Assembly: GCF_009914755.1 (NCBI RefSeq)
Contig: NC_060938.1
Source of the DNA: the human T2T-CHM13v2.0 reference genome, Homo sapiens
DNA: 64,000 nucleotides
Strand: one strand, 5' to 3'
Numbering within the stretch: position 1 is the first letter of the stretch; every line of letters starts with the position of its first letter. Both the position numbers and the translations under genes were made by a program. Under the pieces are notes generated by a model, which saw only the letters and a list, made by a program, of their open reading frames with translations, did not search any database and was not told the origin of the DNA. Below are positions 13,617 through 25,049 of the stretch, one piece after another.

Positions 13617-14626
13617 CCCCTGAGAGAGCAGCGGTATACTGGGATAGAGGAGGATGGTCACGTGGTGGAGAGGCGTGTTTTTGTGTACCAGCCCTTCACC
13701 TCTGCCGACCTTCTCAACTGGGAGAACAATACCCCATCCTAGAGCGAAAAGCCGCAAGCCCTAATTGATTTGCTCCAAACTGTTATCCAGACCCACAAGC
13801 CCACCTGGGCTGATCGCCACCGGTTGCTCATGTTCCTCTTTAAGAGAGATGAAAGGCGAAAGGCGGAGAGGGCTCCACGCAGCAACTAAGTGGCTAGAGG
13901 AACATGCACCAGCTGATTATCAAAACCCCCAAGAGTATGGAAGGACCCAGTTACCAGGAACCCAGCCCCAGTTGGACCCACATGAAAGAGAGGATATGCA
14001 AAGGCTAAACCGAGACAGGGAAGCTCTCTTGGAAGGATTCAAGAGGGGAGCTCAGAAGGCCACAAACGTTAACAAGGTCTCTGAGGTCATTCAGGGAAAA
14101 GAAGAAAGTCCAGCACAATTCCACCAGAGACTGTGTGAGGCCTGTGGTATGTATACTCCCCTTGATCCCGATAACCCTGAAAATCAGCGCATGATTCACA
14201 TGGCTTTAGTCTGTCAAAGCGCAGAAGACGTTAGAAGAAACCTGCAGAAGCAGGCTGGGCTTGCAGGGATGAATACGTCACATTGATGAGCAATAGCTAA
14301 GCAGGTGTTGGTAAACGGGGACGCAGTAAGCCGCGAGGAAAAGCGCAAAGAGAGTGAACGTCAGGCCCGGCGAAACGCCGACCTGTTGGTTAGCTGCAGC
14401 AATCAGAGCGGTCCCCCCAAAGAAGCAAGGGAAGAGGTGCCCTGGGAAAGAAACTCAGCTTGGCTGTCAGAGTTTGCAGCGTAACCAGTGTGCTTATTGT
14501 AAAGAAATAGGACATTGGAAGAACAAATGCCCTGAGCTCAAAAGAAAACAAGGTGACTCAGAGCAGGAGGCCCCGGACAAGGAGGAAGGGGCCCGGCTCA
14601 ACCTGGCAGAAGGGTTATTGGACTGA
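13617..14626 (+). pseudogene. gag: ERV gag remnant (CA-NC)
   Basis: CA start PLREQ at 13617, YQPFTSADLLNW, MHR IQGKEESPAQFHQRLCEA, zinc knuckle CAYCKEIGHWKNKC 14489-14530, TGA 14624-14626 in frame with pro; internal stops and frameshifts. Confidence 0.9.
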
Positions 14627-17551
14627 GGGAGACCGGGCTCAAGTGTCCCCAAAGAGCCTCTGGTCAGAATGACAGTCGGAGGTAGAGACATTGATTTTCT
14701 TGTAGATACCGGTGCTGAACATACGCTAGTAACCGCCCCGGTCGCCCCCTTATCCAGAAAGACTCTTGACATCACCGGAGCCACGGGGGCTTCAGCAAAG
14801 CTAGCTTTCTGCTTGCCTGGGACTCGTACTGTGGGAGGACATCAAGTGATTCATCAGTTTTTCTACATGCCTGACTGTCCCTTGCCCTTGTTGGGAAGGG
14901 ACTTGCTTAGCAAGCTGAGAGCTGCTCTGTCTTTGACAGAACACAGCTCTTTGCTGCTAAATTTACCCGCCACGGGAGTCATTATGACCCTTACGGTCCC
15001 CCGAGAGGAGGAATGGAGACTTTTCTGAACTGAGCCGGGCCAAGAGATAAGACCAGCTCTGGCTAAGCGGTGGCCAAGAGTATGGGCAGAAGACAACCCT
15101 CCAGGGTTGGCCAGTTAAGACTGGGGCCCAGCCGCTTAGGCAAAAACAGGACCCGGTCCCCAGAGAAGCTCTTCAAGGTATCCAGGTCCATCTTAAGCAC
15201 CTAAGAACTTTTGTAATGATAGTTCCTTGTCGGTCTCCACGGAACACTCCCCTCCTGCCTGTTCCCAAGCTATGGACCAAGGACTACAGGCCGGGACAGG
15301 ATTTGCGCTTGCTTAGTCAAGCTACCCTGACTTTCCATCCAACAGTACCTAGCCCGTCCACATTGTTGGGGTTGCTGCCAGCTGAGGACAGCTGGTTCAC
15401 CTGCTTGGACCTGAAAGACGCTTTCTTTCCTATCAGATCAGCCCCTGAGAGCCAGAAGCTGTTTGCCTTTCAGTGGGAAGATCCGGAGTCAGGTGTCACT
15501 ACTCAGTACACTTGGACCGGGCTTCCCCAAGGGTTCAAGAACTCCCCCACCACCTTCGGGGAGACGTTGGCTCGAGACCTCCAGAAGTTTCCCACCGGAG
15601 ACCTAGGCTGCGCATTGCTCCGCTAGGTTGATGAGCTTTTGCTGGGACACCCCACAGCAGTCGGGTGCGCCAAGGGAAGGGATTGCCCTACGCTGACACC
15701 TGGAGGACTGTGGGTATAAGTTGTCCAAGAAAAAAGCTCAGATCTGCCGACAGCAGGTACGTTCCTTGGGGTTTACTATCTGACAGGGGGAACGCAGCCT
15801 GGGATCAGAAAGAAAGCAGGTCATTTGCCATCTAGTGGAGCCTAAGAGCAGAAGGCAGGTGAGAGAATTCTTAGGAGCTGTGGGGTTTTGTAGACTGCGG
15901 ATCCCAAACTTTGCAGTATAAGCCAAGCCTTTGTATGAGGTCACAAAGGGGACGGGGACCGGGAACCTTTTGAATGGGGATCCCAACAACAGCAAGTCTT
16001 TCATGAGTTAAAGGAGAAACTTATGTCAGCCCCAGCCCTGGGGCTACCCGATCTGACAAAGCCTTTTTCATCCTATGTGTCAGAGAGAGACATAAGATGG
16101 CAGCCGGACTTTGAACCCAAACTGTGGGGCCCTGGCCGAGGCCGGTGGCCTACCTCTCTAAACAATTAGACGGGGTCTCTAAAGGATGGCCCCTGTGTTT
16201 GAGGGCCTTGGCAGCAACTGCCCTGCTAGTACAAGAAGCAAATAAGCTGACTCTTGGGCAGAACCTGAACACAAAGGCCCCCCATGCTGTGGTGACTTTA
16301 ATGAATACTAAAGGACATCATGAGCCCTGTCGAGCATGATTGTGTAGAAGTGTTGGACTCAGTTGACTCTAGCAGACCCGACCTCCGGGACCAGCCTTGG
16401 GCATCAGTAGACTGGGAACTATAGGTGGACGGGAGCAGCTTTGTCAACCCCCATGGAGAGAGAGGTGCAGGGTATTCAGTGGTAACCCTGGACACTCAAC
16501 AACTTGAAGCCAGATCATTGCCCCAGGCCACTTCAGCCCAGTAAGCTGAACTCATTGCTTTAATTCGGGCCTTAGAACTCAGTGAAGGTAAGACTGTCAA
16601 CACTTACACTGATTCTTGGTATGCCTTTTTAAGCCTTCAAGTGCATGGAGTGTGACAGAAAGAAAAGGGCCTATCGAACTCTGGGGGAAAAGGCAGAAAA
16701 TATCAACCAGAAATCTTTCATTTATTAGAAGCAGTATGGAAACCCCACAAGGTGGCAGTTATGCATTGCAGAGGACACCAGCGAGCTTCCACCTTGGTGG
16801 GCTTGGGGAATTCCCGCGCTGACTCAGAGGCTGGAAAAGCAGCATCTGCCCCTTTCTAGGCATCAGTCACAGCTCCTCTGCTCCCTCAAGCACCTGATCT
16901 TGGACCTGCTTATTCTAAAGAAGAAAAGGACTTTCTCCAGGTAGAGGGAAGGACAAGTGATGGAGGAAGGATGGATTCGGTTACCAGATGGGAGAGTAGC
17001 TGTGCCACAGCTGCGAGGAGCTGCAGTTGTACTGGCTGTGCAAGAAACCACCCATCTAGGTCAGGAGTCACTGCAAAAAGTTGTTAGGCCAGTATTTCTA
17101 CATCTCGCCTTTCTCAGCCCTTGCCAAAACGGTGAGGCAGCGTTGTGTCAGCTGCCGACAGCATCATGCGAGGCAAGGTCCAGCCGTTCCGCCCGGCATA
17201 CAAGCTTATGGAGCAGCCGCCTTTGAAGATCTCCAGGTAGACTTCACAGAGATGCCAGAGTGTGGAGGGAATAAGTATTTACCAGTTCTTGGGCGTACCT
17301 ACTCTGGGTGGGTGGAGACCTATCCAACACGAGCTGAGAAAGCTCGTGAAGTAACCCGTGTGCTTCTTCGAGATCTGATTCCTAGATTGGGACTGCCCTT
17401 CCGGATCGGCTCAGATAACGGGCCTGCGTTTGTGGCTGACTTGCTACAGAAGACGGCAACGGTATTGGGGATCACACGGAAACTGCATGCCGCCTCCCGG
17501 CCTCAGAGTTCCGGAAAGGTGGAGCGGATGAATCGGACTATCAAAAATAGT
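14627..17551 (+). pseudogene. pol: ERV pro-pol remnant (PR, RT, RNase H, truncated IN)
   Basis: PR LVDTGAEH and LLGRDLL; RT LDLKDAFF, LPQGFKNSP, YVDD mutated to stop-V-D-E 15624-15635; [11 protein letters not shown]; RNase H VDGSS and TDS; IN QVDF, SDNGPAF, SSGKVERMN. Confidence 0.92.
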
Positions 17552-19610
17552 ATTATGGTCTTCCCCGCTGGATATGTAAAACAACACCACGAGGGGTGTC
17601 AAACCACCTGCTAAATTTGAGGGAATGTTATCCTCTCCCCGCCTCCCCCTGTCCCGGATATTAGAGACAGTAACACAGGGGTAATGTACACCCACTGCTT
17701 TATTGGGAGTAATGTCATCCTCTCCCTTCTTGGATATTAGGAACAATATCACACTGTGCGTGTACGCCTGTCGCGAAATTCAATGGAATGTCATCCTGCG
17801 CCTCCCTGGATATGACGAACAATATCACGGGGGATGTACAACTTCTGAGATATTGGGAGTGATATCATCCTCTCCCCTCTGGAAGTTAGGAACAATACCA
17901 CAGGGGTAGTGTACACCCTCTGGGATGTTGGGACTAATATCATCCTCCCACCCGCTGGATATTAAAAACCGTTTCACTAGGGGCGTGCACTCACACTTCG
18001 ATATTGGTATTCATACCATCCTCTCCCTCTTTGGATATTCGGTGCCATATTTCAGGTGGGGTATACACCACCTGCAATACTGGAAGTAATATGATTTTCT
18101 CCCCCGCCCCGGATATCAGAAACAACATCACAGGGGGTTGTGAACCACCCCTGCGATATTTGGAGCAATTTTATCGTCTCCCCTCACGATTATTAAGAAC
18201 GATATCGTAGGAGTGGGGGGTGTACACCCCCTTTCATATTTGATATCATCCTCTTCCCCCCTGGATATTAGGAACAACATCAGGAAGGGATGTCCAGACC
18301 CTGCGACCTTTGCTGTCATATAATTGTCTCTCCCTTAGATATTAGGAAAAATGTCACTGGGGATGTGAACAGCCCTGCGATATTGAGAGTAGTATCATCC
18401 TCTCCCCGCCTTGCATATTGGGAACAACATCACAGGTGGGGTGTACTGCCTCTGCGATATTGGGAGTAAAATTTTCCTCTCTTCCCCTGGACATTAGGAA
18501 GGGTATCAGAGGGGGAGGGTGCACATTCCCTGCGATATTCAACGTCACCTTATCCTCTCCCTCCCAGGGTATTCAGAACAATAGGACAGGAGGGGTGTAC
18601 ACCCCCTGTGATATTGAGAGTCATGTCATCCTCTTTCGCTCTGGATATTAGGAACAATATCACAGGGTTGTGTACACCCCCTGCGATATTGGGAGTAATA
18701 TCATCCTCTCTCCCTGTGGATATTAGGAAGAGTATCACAGGGCTGTGTAAACCCCCTGCGGTACTGGGAGTAATATCATCCTCTCTCCCTCTGAATATAG
18801 GAAGATTTTCACAGGGGTGAGTACACCCCCTGCGATATTGGGAGTAATATCATCCTCTCCACCCAGGAAATGACTAACAAGGTCACGGGGGGGGGGTGTA
18901 CCCCCCCTGCGATATTGGAAGTAATGTCGTCCTCCCCAAACCTGGATGTTAGCAACGAGATCACAGAGGGGGTGCACACACCCTGCGATATTGGAAGTAA
19001 TATGATCCTCTCCCCACCTGGATACTGGGAAAGATACCACAGCGTGGGTATACGTTTCCTACGCTGCTGGGAGTAATATCATTCTTTTCCTTTCCGGATA
19101 TTAGGAAGAATATCACAGGGGTGCTGTACAATTACTTCGATATTGGGAGTAATATCATCCTCTATTTTCCTGGATATTGGGCACGAAAACACAAAAGGGT
19201 GTACAACCCCTGTGATATTGGGAGTAATAGCATACTCTCCTTCCCTCGATGTTAGAAAACAATATCATCAGGGCTGAACACCCCCCCGCAATAATGGGAG
19301 TCATATTTACTCTTTCACAGGCCATTTGGAACAATATCACAGGGGGTGTTTACAAACAGGGGTGGTGTACACCCCCTGGGATATTGGGAGTAACATCATT
19401 CTCTCCACCTCCGAATATTAAGAACAATATCCCAGCGGGAGGTGGTACACCCCCAGTGATATTGGGAATAATGTCATCCTCTCCTTCCCTGGATATTCAG
19501 AACAATATCGCAGCGGGGTGTACACCTTCTGTGATATTGGAAGCAATATCATCCTCTCCCCCGCTGGATATTAGAAAAAAATATCACTCACGGTGTACAC
19601 CCACTGTGAT
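17552..19610 (+). repeat. SATR satellite, 76-bp type
   Basis: Same monomer as 5500-7415, fused directly to integrase sequence. Confidence 0.9.
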
Positions 19611-21120
19611 ATTAGGAAGAATATTACAGGGTGTACACCCACTCTGACTTGAAGAGAAACAGCTCCCTCAGATGTCCCAAACAATATCACCGGGTATACA
19701 ATGATATTTCCCTAGGATATTACAAATACTATCACAGGGTGCACACCCACTGTGATAACAGGAGTAATACATCCCAAGGATACTACCAAGAATATCACAA
19801 GGCTGTACACCCACTATGACATCAGGAGTGATATCTCCCTAGGCTATTATGAATACCATCACAGAATGTACACACACGGTGTGCACCCAAGGTGATATTA
19901 GGAGTACTATCAACCCAGGACATAACCAATAAGACCACAGGGAGTACATACATGATGTACACCCACGGTGATGTTATGAGAACTATCTCCCTAGGATAAT
20001 ACGAATAACATCACAGAGTGGACACACATGGTATACACCCACTGTGGCACTAGGACTAATAACTTTCCAAGATATTACCAATAGCATCACAGAATAGAAA
20101 CACATGGTGTACACCCACTGTAACATTAGGTGTAATTTCTCCCTAGGATATTACGAGTAACATCTCAGTGCGTACACACATGGTGAACACCCACTGTGAC
20201 ATTAAGCGTAATATCCCCCTAGGATATGACCAATAACATCACAGGGTGTCCACCCATGGTGTACACGCTCTGTGAGGTTAGGGATAATAACTCCCTAGGA
20301 TATGATGAATAATACCACAGGGTGTACAGAAACTGTGATATTAGAGGTAATATCTCCCTAGGATATTATGAGTAATATCACAGGGTGTACACCCACTGTG
20401 ATACTGGGAGCAATATCCCTGTAGGATAGTACAAATAATATCACAGGGTGTACACCCACTGTGATATTAGGAGAAATATCTCTCTGGGATATTATGAATT
20501 ATATCACAGAGTGTACACACATGGTGTACATCCACTTTGATATTAGGAGTAATATCTTCCTAGGGCATTACAAATAACATAGCAGAGTGTACACCCACTG
20601 TAATATTAGGAATCGTATCTCCCTAGGTGATTACAAATACTATCACAGGGTGTACACCTACTGTGCTATTAGGAGTAATATCTTCCCAGGGTATTACGAA
20701 TAATTTCACAGTCTGTACACACATGGTGTACACTCACGGTGATATTAGGACTAATATCTACCTAGTAGATAACAAATAACATCGCAGGGTGTACACCCAC
20801 TTTGGTATTAGCTGTAATATTTTTCTAAGTTGTTACAAATAAGATCACAGGGTGTACAAACATGGTGTACACTGACTGTGATATCAGGAGTCGTATCTCC
20901 GTAAGATATTATGAATAATATCACAGGGTGTACACCCACTGTATTATTAGGAGTAATATCTCTGTAGGATATTACAATTAATATCACAGGGTGTACAGCC
21001 ACTGTGATATTAGGAGCAATATCTTTCTAGGATGTTACAAATAATATCACAGGGTGTACGCCCGCTCTGCTGTCAGGAGCAATATCTCCCTAGGATATCA
21101 AAAATCCTATCACAGGGTGT
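19611..21120 (+). repeat. SATR satellite, 63-bp type
   Basis: Units GATATTACGAATAATATCACAGGGTGTACACCCACTGTGATATTAGGAGTAATATCTCCCTAG; period 63 at 20361/20424; some units carry an extra ACACATGGTGTAC. Confidence 0.88.
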
Positions 21121-21338
21121 CCAATCTCTGCCTTCCAGGTTCTAAGGGATTCACCTGCTTCAGCCTCCCGAGTAGCTAGGCTTACCTGCCACCCTCGGCT
21201 AATTTTTTTTAAATTTTCACTGGAGACAGGGTTTCACCACGTTGGCCAGGCTGGTCTGGAACTCCTGACCTCAGGTGATCCATCAGCCTCGGCCGCCCAA
21301 AGTGCTGGGATTTCAGGTGTGAGCCATGGCGCTCGGCC
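21121..21338 (-). mobile_element. AluS, 3' part removed at the satellite junction
   Basis: Reverse Alu left arm plus partial right arm, no tail. Confidence 0.88.
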
Positions 21339-21985
21339 AAGAGTTATATATTCAATTCATTTGGAAACACAGCTCCCATATTTGAGTGTGCATGTACTTT
21401 TGTGAAGAAACGATGTCAGAAAACCTAAGGATGATAATAAATATGAAAAGTCACAGGCAGGTGAAAAGGTGTTCTGATTGAGAACTATAAGGTTCGATTT
21501 CGTTTTTAGATAATGCGGTCCTAGCTCTTGTGTCGTCCTTTTACATACTCTACATCAAAGGAATTTGTAGCACGGTGTCAGAATAAAATAGAGTGTATTT
21601 CACGGCTTCTTAATTTCTTTCAATTAGACTGAGATCTTTTTCTTAAAGAGAGAAGGACATTTTCATTGCATTGTATTTTTTCTGAAAAGAGTAGGCAGTA
21701 TTTTACTGAGATCACGGATTTGTTATACATGACGTTTTGGTCTTCTAATATTCTTCAGTGGATTTTCTCTAAAGTAGTATGTACCGAAAGACTTGTATAG
21801 CAAAAAAGTAAATCACATAATAATTCTGAGATTTTTGGAATTGTCACAACTGAGAAACATTGCTGGCGGTGTATGGTCCGCAAGTGTGAAAATGTTCCTT
21901 GTGAATTGCTTGCATCCAAAATATACACACAGCATTAAGGGCTGGTTTTTATCTTTTATTTTCCCAATCCTCTTTCCTTCTCAAG

Positions 21986-22972
21986 GTGTCCAAGACACAC
22001 AGAGCCACTGAATCTCACAGGTGTCTGAGAATTCCTCCTCCTGGGACTCTCAGAGGATCCAGAACTGCAGCCGGTCCTCGCTTTGCTCTCCCTGTCCCTG
22101 TCCATGTATCTGGTCACGGTGCTGAGGAACCTGCTCAGCATCCTGGCTGTCAGCTCTGACTCCCACCTCCACACCCCCATGTACTTCTTCCTCTCCAACC
22201 TGTGCTGGGCTGACATCGGTTACACCTCGGCCACGGTTCCCAAGATGATTGTGGACACGCAGTCGCATAGCAGAGTCATCTCTCATGCTGGCTGCCTGAC
22301 ACAGATGTCTTTCTTGGTCCTTTTTGCATGTATAGAAGACATGCTCCTGACTGTGATGGCCTATGACTGCTTTGTAGCCATCTGTTGCCCTCTGCACTAC
22401 CCAGTCATCGTGAATCCTCACCTCTGTGTCTTCTTCGTTTTGGTGTCCTTTTTCCTTAGCCTGTTGGATTCCCAGCTGCACAGTTGGATTGTGTTACAAT
22501 TCACCATCATCAAGAATGTGGAAATCTCTAATTTTGTCTGTGATCCCTCTCAACTTCTCAAACTTGCCTGTTCTGACAGCGTCATCAATAGCATATTCAT
22601 ATATTTTGATAGTACTATGTTTGGTTTTCTTCCCATTTCAGGGATCCTTTTGTCTTACTCTAAAATTGTCCCCTCCGTTCTAAGGATGTCATCGTCAGAT
22701 GGGAAGTATAAAGCCTTCTCCACCTGTGGCTCTCACCTAGCAGTTGTTTGCTGATTTGATGGAACAGGCATTGGCATGTACCTGACTTCAGCTGTGGCAC
22801 CACCCCCCAGGAATGGTGTCGTGGAGTCAGGGATGTACGCTGTGGTCACCCCCATGCTGAACCTTTTCATCTACAGCCTGAGAAACAGGCACACACAAAG
22901 TGCCCTGCGGAGGCTGCGCAGCAGAACAGTTGAATCTCATGATCTCTTGCATCCTTTTTCTTGTGTGGGTGA
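21986..22972 (+). pseudogene. OR7E: Olfactory receptor family 7E pseudogene (copy A)
   Basis: [61 protein letters not shown] in one frame; no N-terminal ATG; TGA at 22026-22028 and 22752-22754; symbol is subfamily level only. Confidence 0.95.
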
Positions 22973-23544
22973 AAAAGGGAAACCACATCAAATCTCTACA
23001 TCTGCAAATCCTGCCCCTTGGTCACATTATTTTTGTGGCTTGACGGCTTTTATTCCTTTCCGCATTTCCTTTGTGAATATTGCTTTCTTCGTTATGCCTT
23101 TCACTGGAATGGGTGAGTATTCTGGGATCCTTTGTTCAGCAGAAACCTCATGACAGAATCCTCTATACCTAGGCGGCCTCTTTTAGTTTCTGAGCAATAA
23201 CCCTGTCATCCAGGTGGAATCACAACCATCTTTTTATATACACGAAGTCCTCACTTCATTTTGGAATTCCCTGAAAACTGACTTTATGGAAACAATGTAC
23301 AAGAGGTCCTCCAACACCATTGGTTGTTCAAAGTTGTGTAGTTATACTGTTGATGAAAAATAAGTGGTTTCACTATACATAACTTTGCTTCAAGGTGAAG
23401 TTTCCAAGAGACTTTCAAAGATGTTAAGTGAGGACATACTGTACATCAAATTCATAACCTCTTCCACAGTTCATGTGGAATTTCTTTATAAACTGCTTCT
23501 AGAGAATCTATTTAGGCAGGTTGTGTGTAGAGATCCATGTCGCC

Positions 23545-23700
23545 GTTCCTCAATCTTGGCTTTGAGTCAAATCACCTGGGGAGCTTACAAATGATGAGGC
23601 CTGGGTCTCGATACCTGAGATTCTGATTTCCTTGCACCTGTGTGAGTATGTGGATTTTTTTTTTTTTCCTTTAAAGCACCAGAGGTGGTTCCAATGACGA
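23545..23700. mobile_element. MER5-like hAT MITE remnant (paralog at ~36050-36200)
   Basis: TCAAATCACCTGGGGAGCTT...GCCTGGGTCTC...GAGATTCTGATTT. Confidence 0.5.
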
Positions 23701-23756
23701 AGTTTTTAGAGGCATCAAGCTCCAATGAGTAAGAACAGAAATTAACTGTAATATGA

Positions 23757-24168
<412 letters not shown>

Positions 24169-24344
24169 ACCACTTAGCATTTACATTTTACATTTGTTGA
24201 AGTTATAGATTTATACACACATTGATTGCTGCTTTGTTATACACTTGCACATACATAAGATGGGAAATAGAAAAGAATAAAATGGGCACAGTATCCCTGA
24301 AGTTTCACATTCCGAGACATTTTAAAAACATTAGCTCTTTAGAA

Positions 24345-25048
24345 ATTTGTTTCGATTAAGAAACTGTGGTATACACACCCAATGAAGTATTATTCAGCCT
24401 AAAAAGGAAGAAAATCCTCTCCGCTGCAGACAAAATGGATGAGATTGCAGGTCTGTATATTAAATGAAAGAAGCCAGGCACAGAATGACAAATATTTCAT
24501 GTCCTCACTTCTATGTAGGAAGAAAAAAGGAAACCTTGGCCAGGTGCGGTGGCTCAGGCCTGTAATCCCAGCACTTTGGGAGGCCGAGTCGCACGGATCA
24601 TTTGAGGCCAGGAGTTCGAGACCCGCCTGGCCAACATGGTGAAACCCCGTCTCTACGGAAAACACAAACAATTAGCCGGGCGTGGTGACGCGTGCCTGTA
24701 GTCTCAGCTACTCGGAGGGCTGAGGCCCAAGAAGCGCTTGAACTCGGGAGGCGGAGGTTGCAGTGAGCCCGGACTGTGCCTGTGTACTCCAACCTGGGCA
24801 ACAGAAAGAGACTCCATCACACACCTACACACAAAAGGAATCTCAGGAAGGTGGAAAGTATAAAGGTGGTTAGCAGACGCTAGGAAGAAAAAGGGGTGGG
24901 ATGGGGAATGAAGAGAAGTGGATAATTGGGTCCCAAAATACACAAAGATGGAATAAGTGAGTTCCAGTGTTTGATAGCACAGTATGGAAATTTTAGTTCA
25001 CAAGAATTTCTTGCATATTTCCAGATGCTTTGGTAAGAAGCTTCCTAA
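24345..25048 (+). mobile_element. L1MA-type 3' end interrupted by Alu (24538-24815), truncated by satellite at 25048
   Basis: AAACTGTGGTATACACAC...TATTATTCAGCC...AAGCCAGGCACAGAATGACAAATA; full + Alu from GGCCAGGTGCGG at 24538. Confidence 0.8.
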
Positions 25049-25049
25049 T

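Larger units (their letters stand above)
13538..17551 (+). mobile_element. Class I (gammaretrovirus-like) ERV internal fragment, HERV-E-like, no LTRs or env
   Basis: Ordered CA, NC, PR, RT, RNase H and IN motifs; Gag peptides ATKWLEEHAPADYQNPQEY and GAQKATNVNKVSEVIQGKEESP match my recollection of HERV-E. Confidence 0.88.

Noticed and set aside
5500-21120. Regularly spaced palindromic repeats resembling a CRISPR array
   Set aside because: The linkers are homologous to one another, there are no cas genes, and the context is primate satellite DNA
21111-21130. GGTGTCCAATCTCT identical to the 5' end of OR7E-B (29016-29029, minus strand)
   Set aside because: Fully explained as satellite CACAGGGTGT joined to Alu CAA(C/T)CTCTGCC; the match does not extend
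22083-22754. 223-aa OR ORF as a functional receptor
   Set aside because: Begins at TTG after an in-frame stop, lacks the N-terminus and TM7, and has mutated GN and DRF motifs
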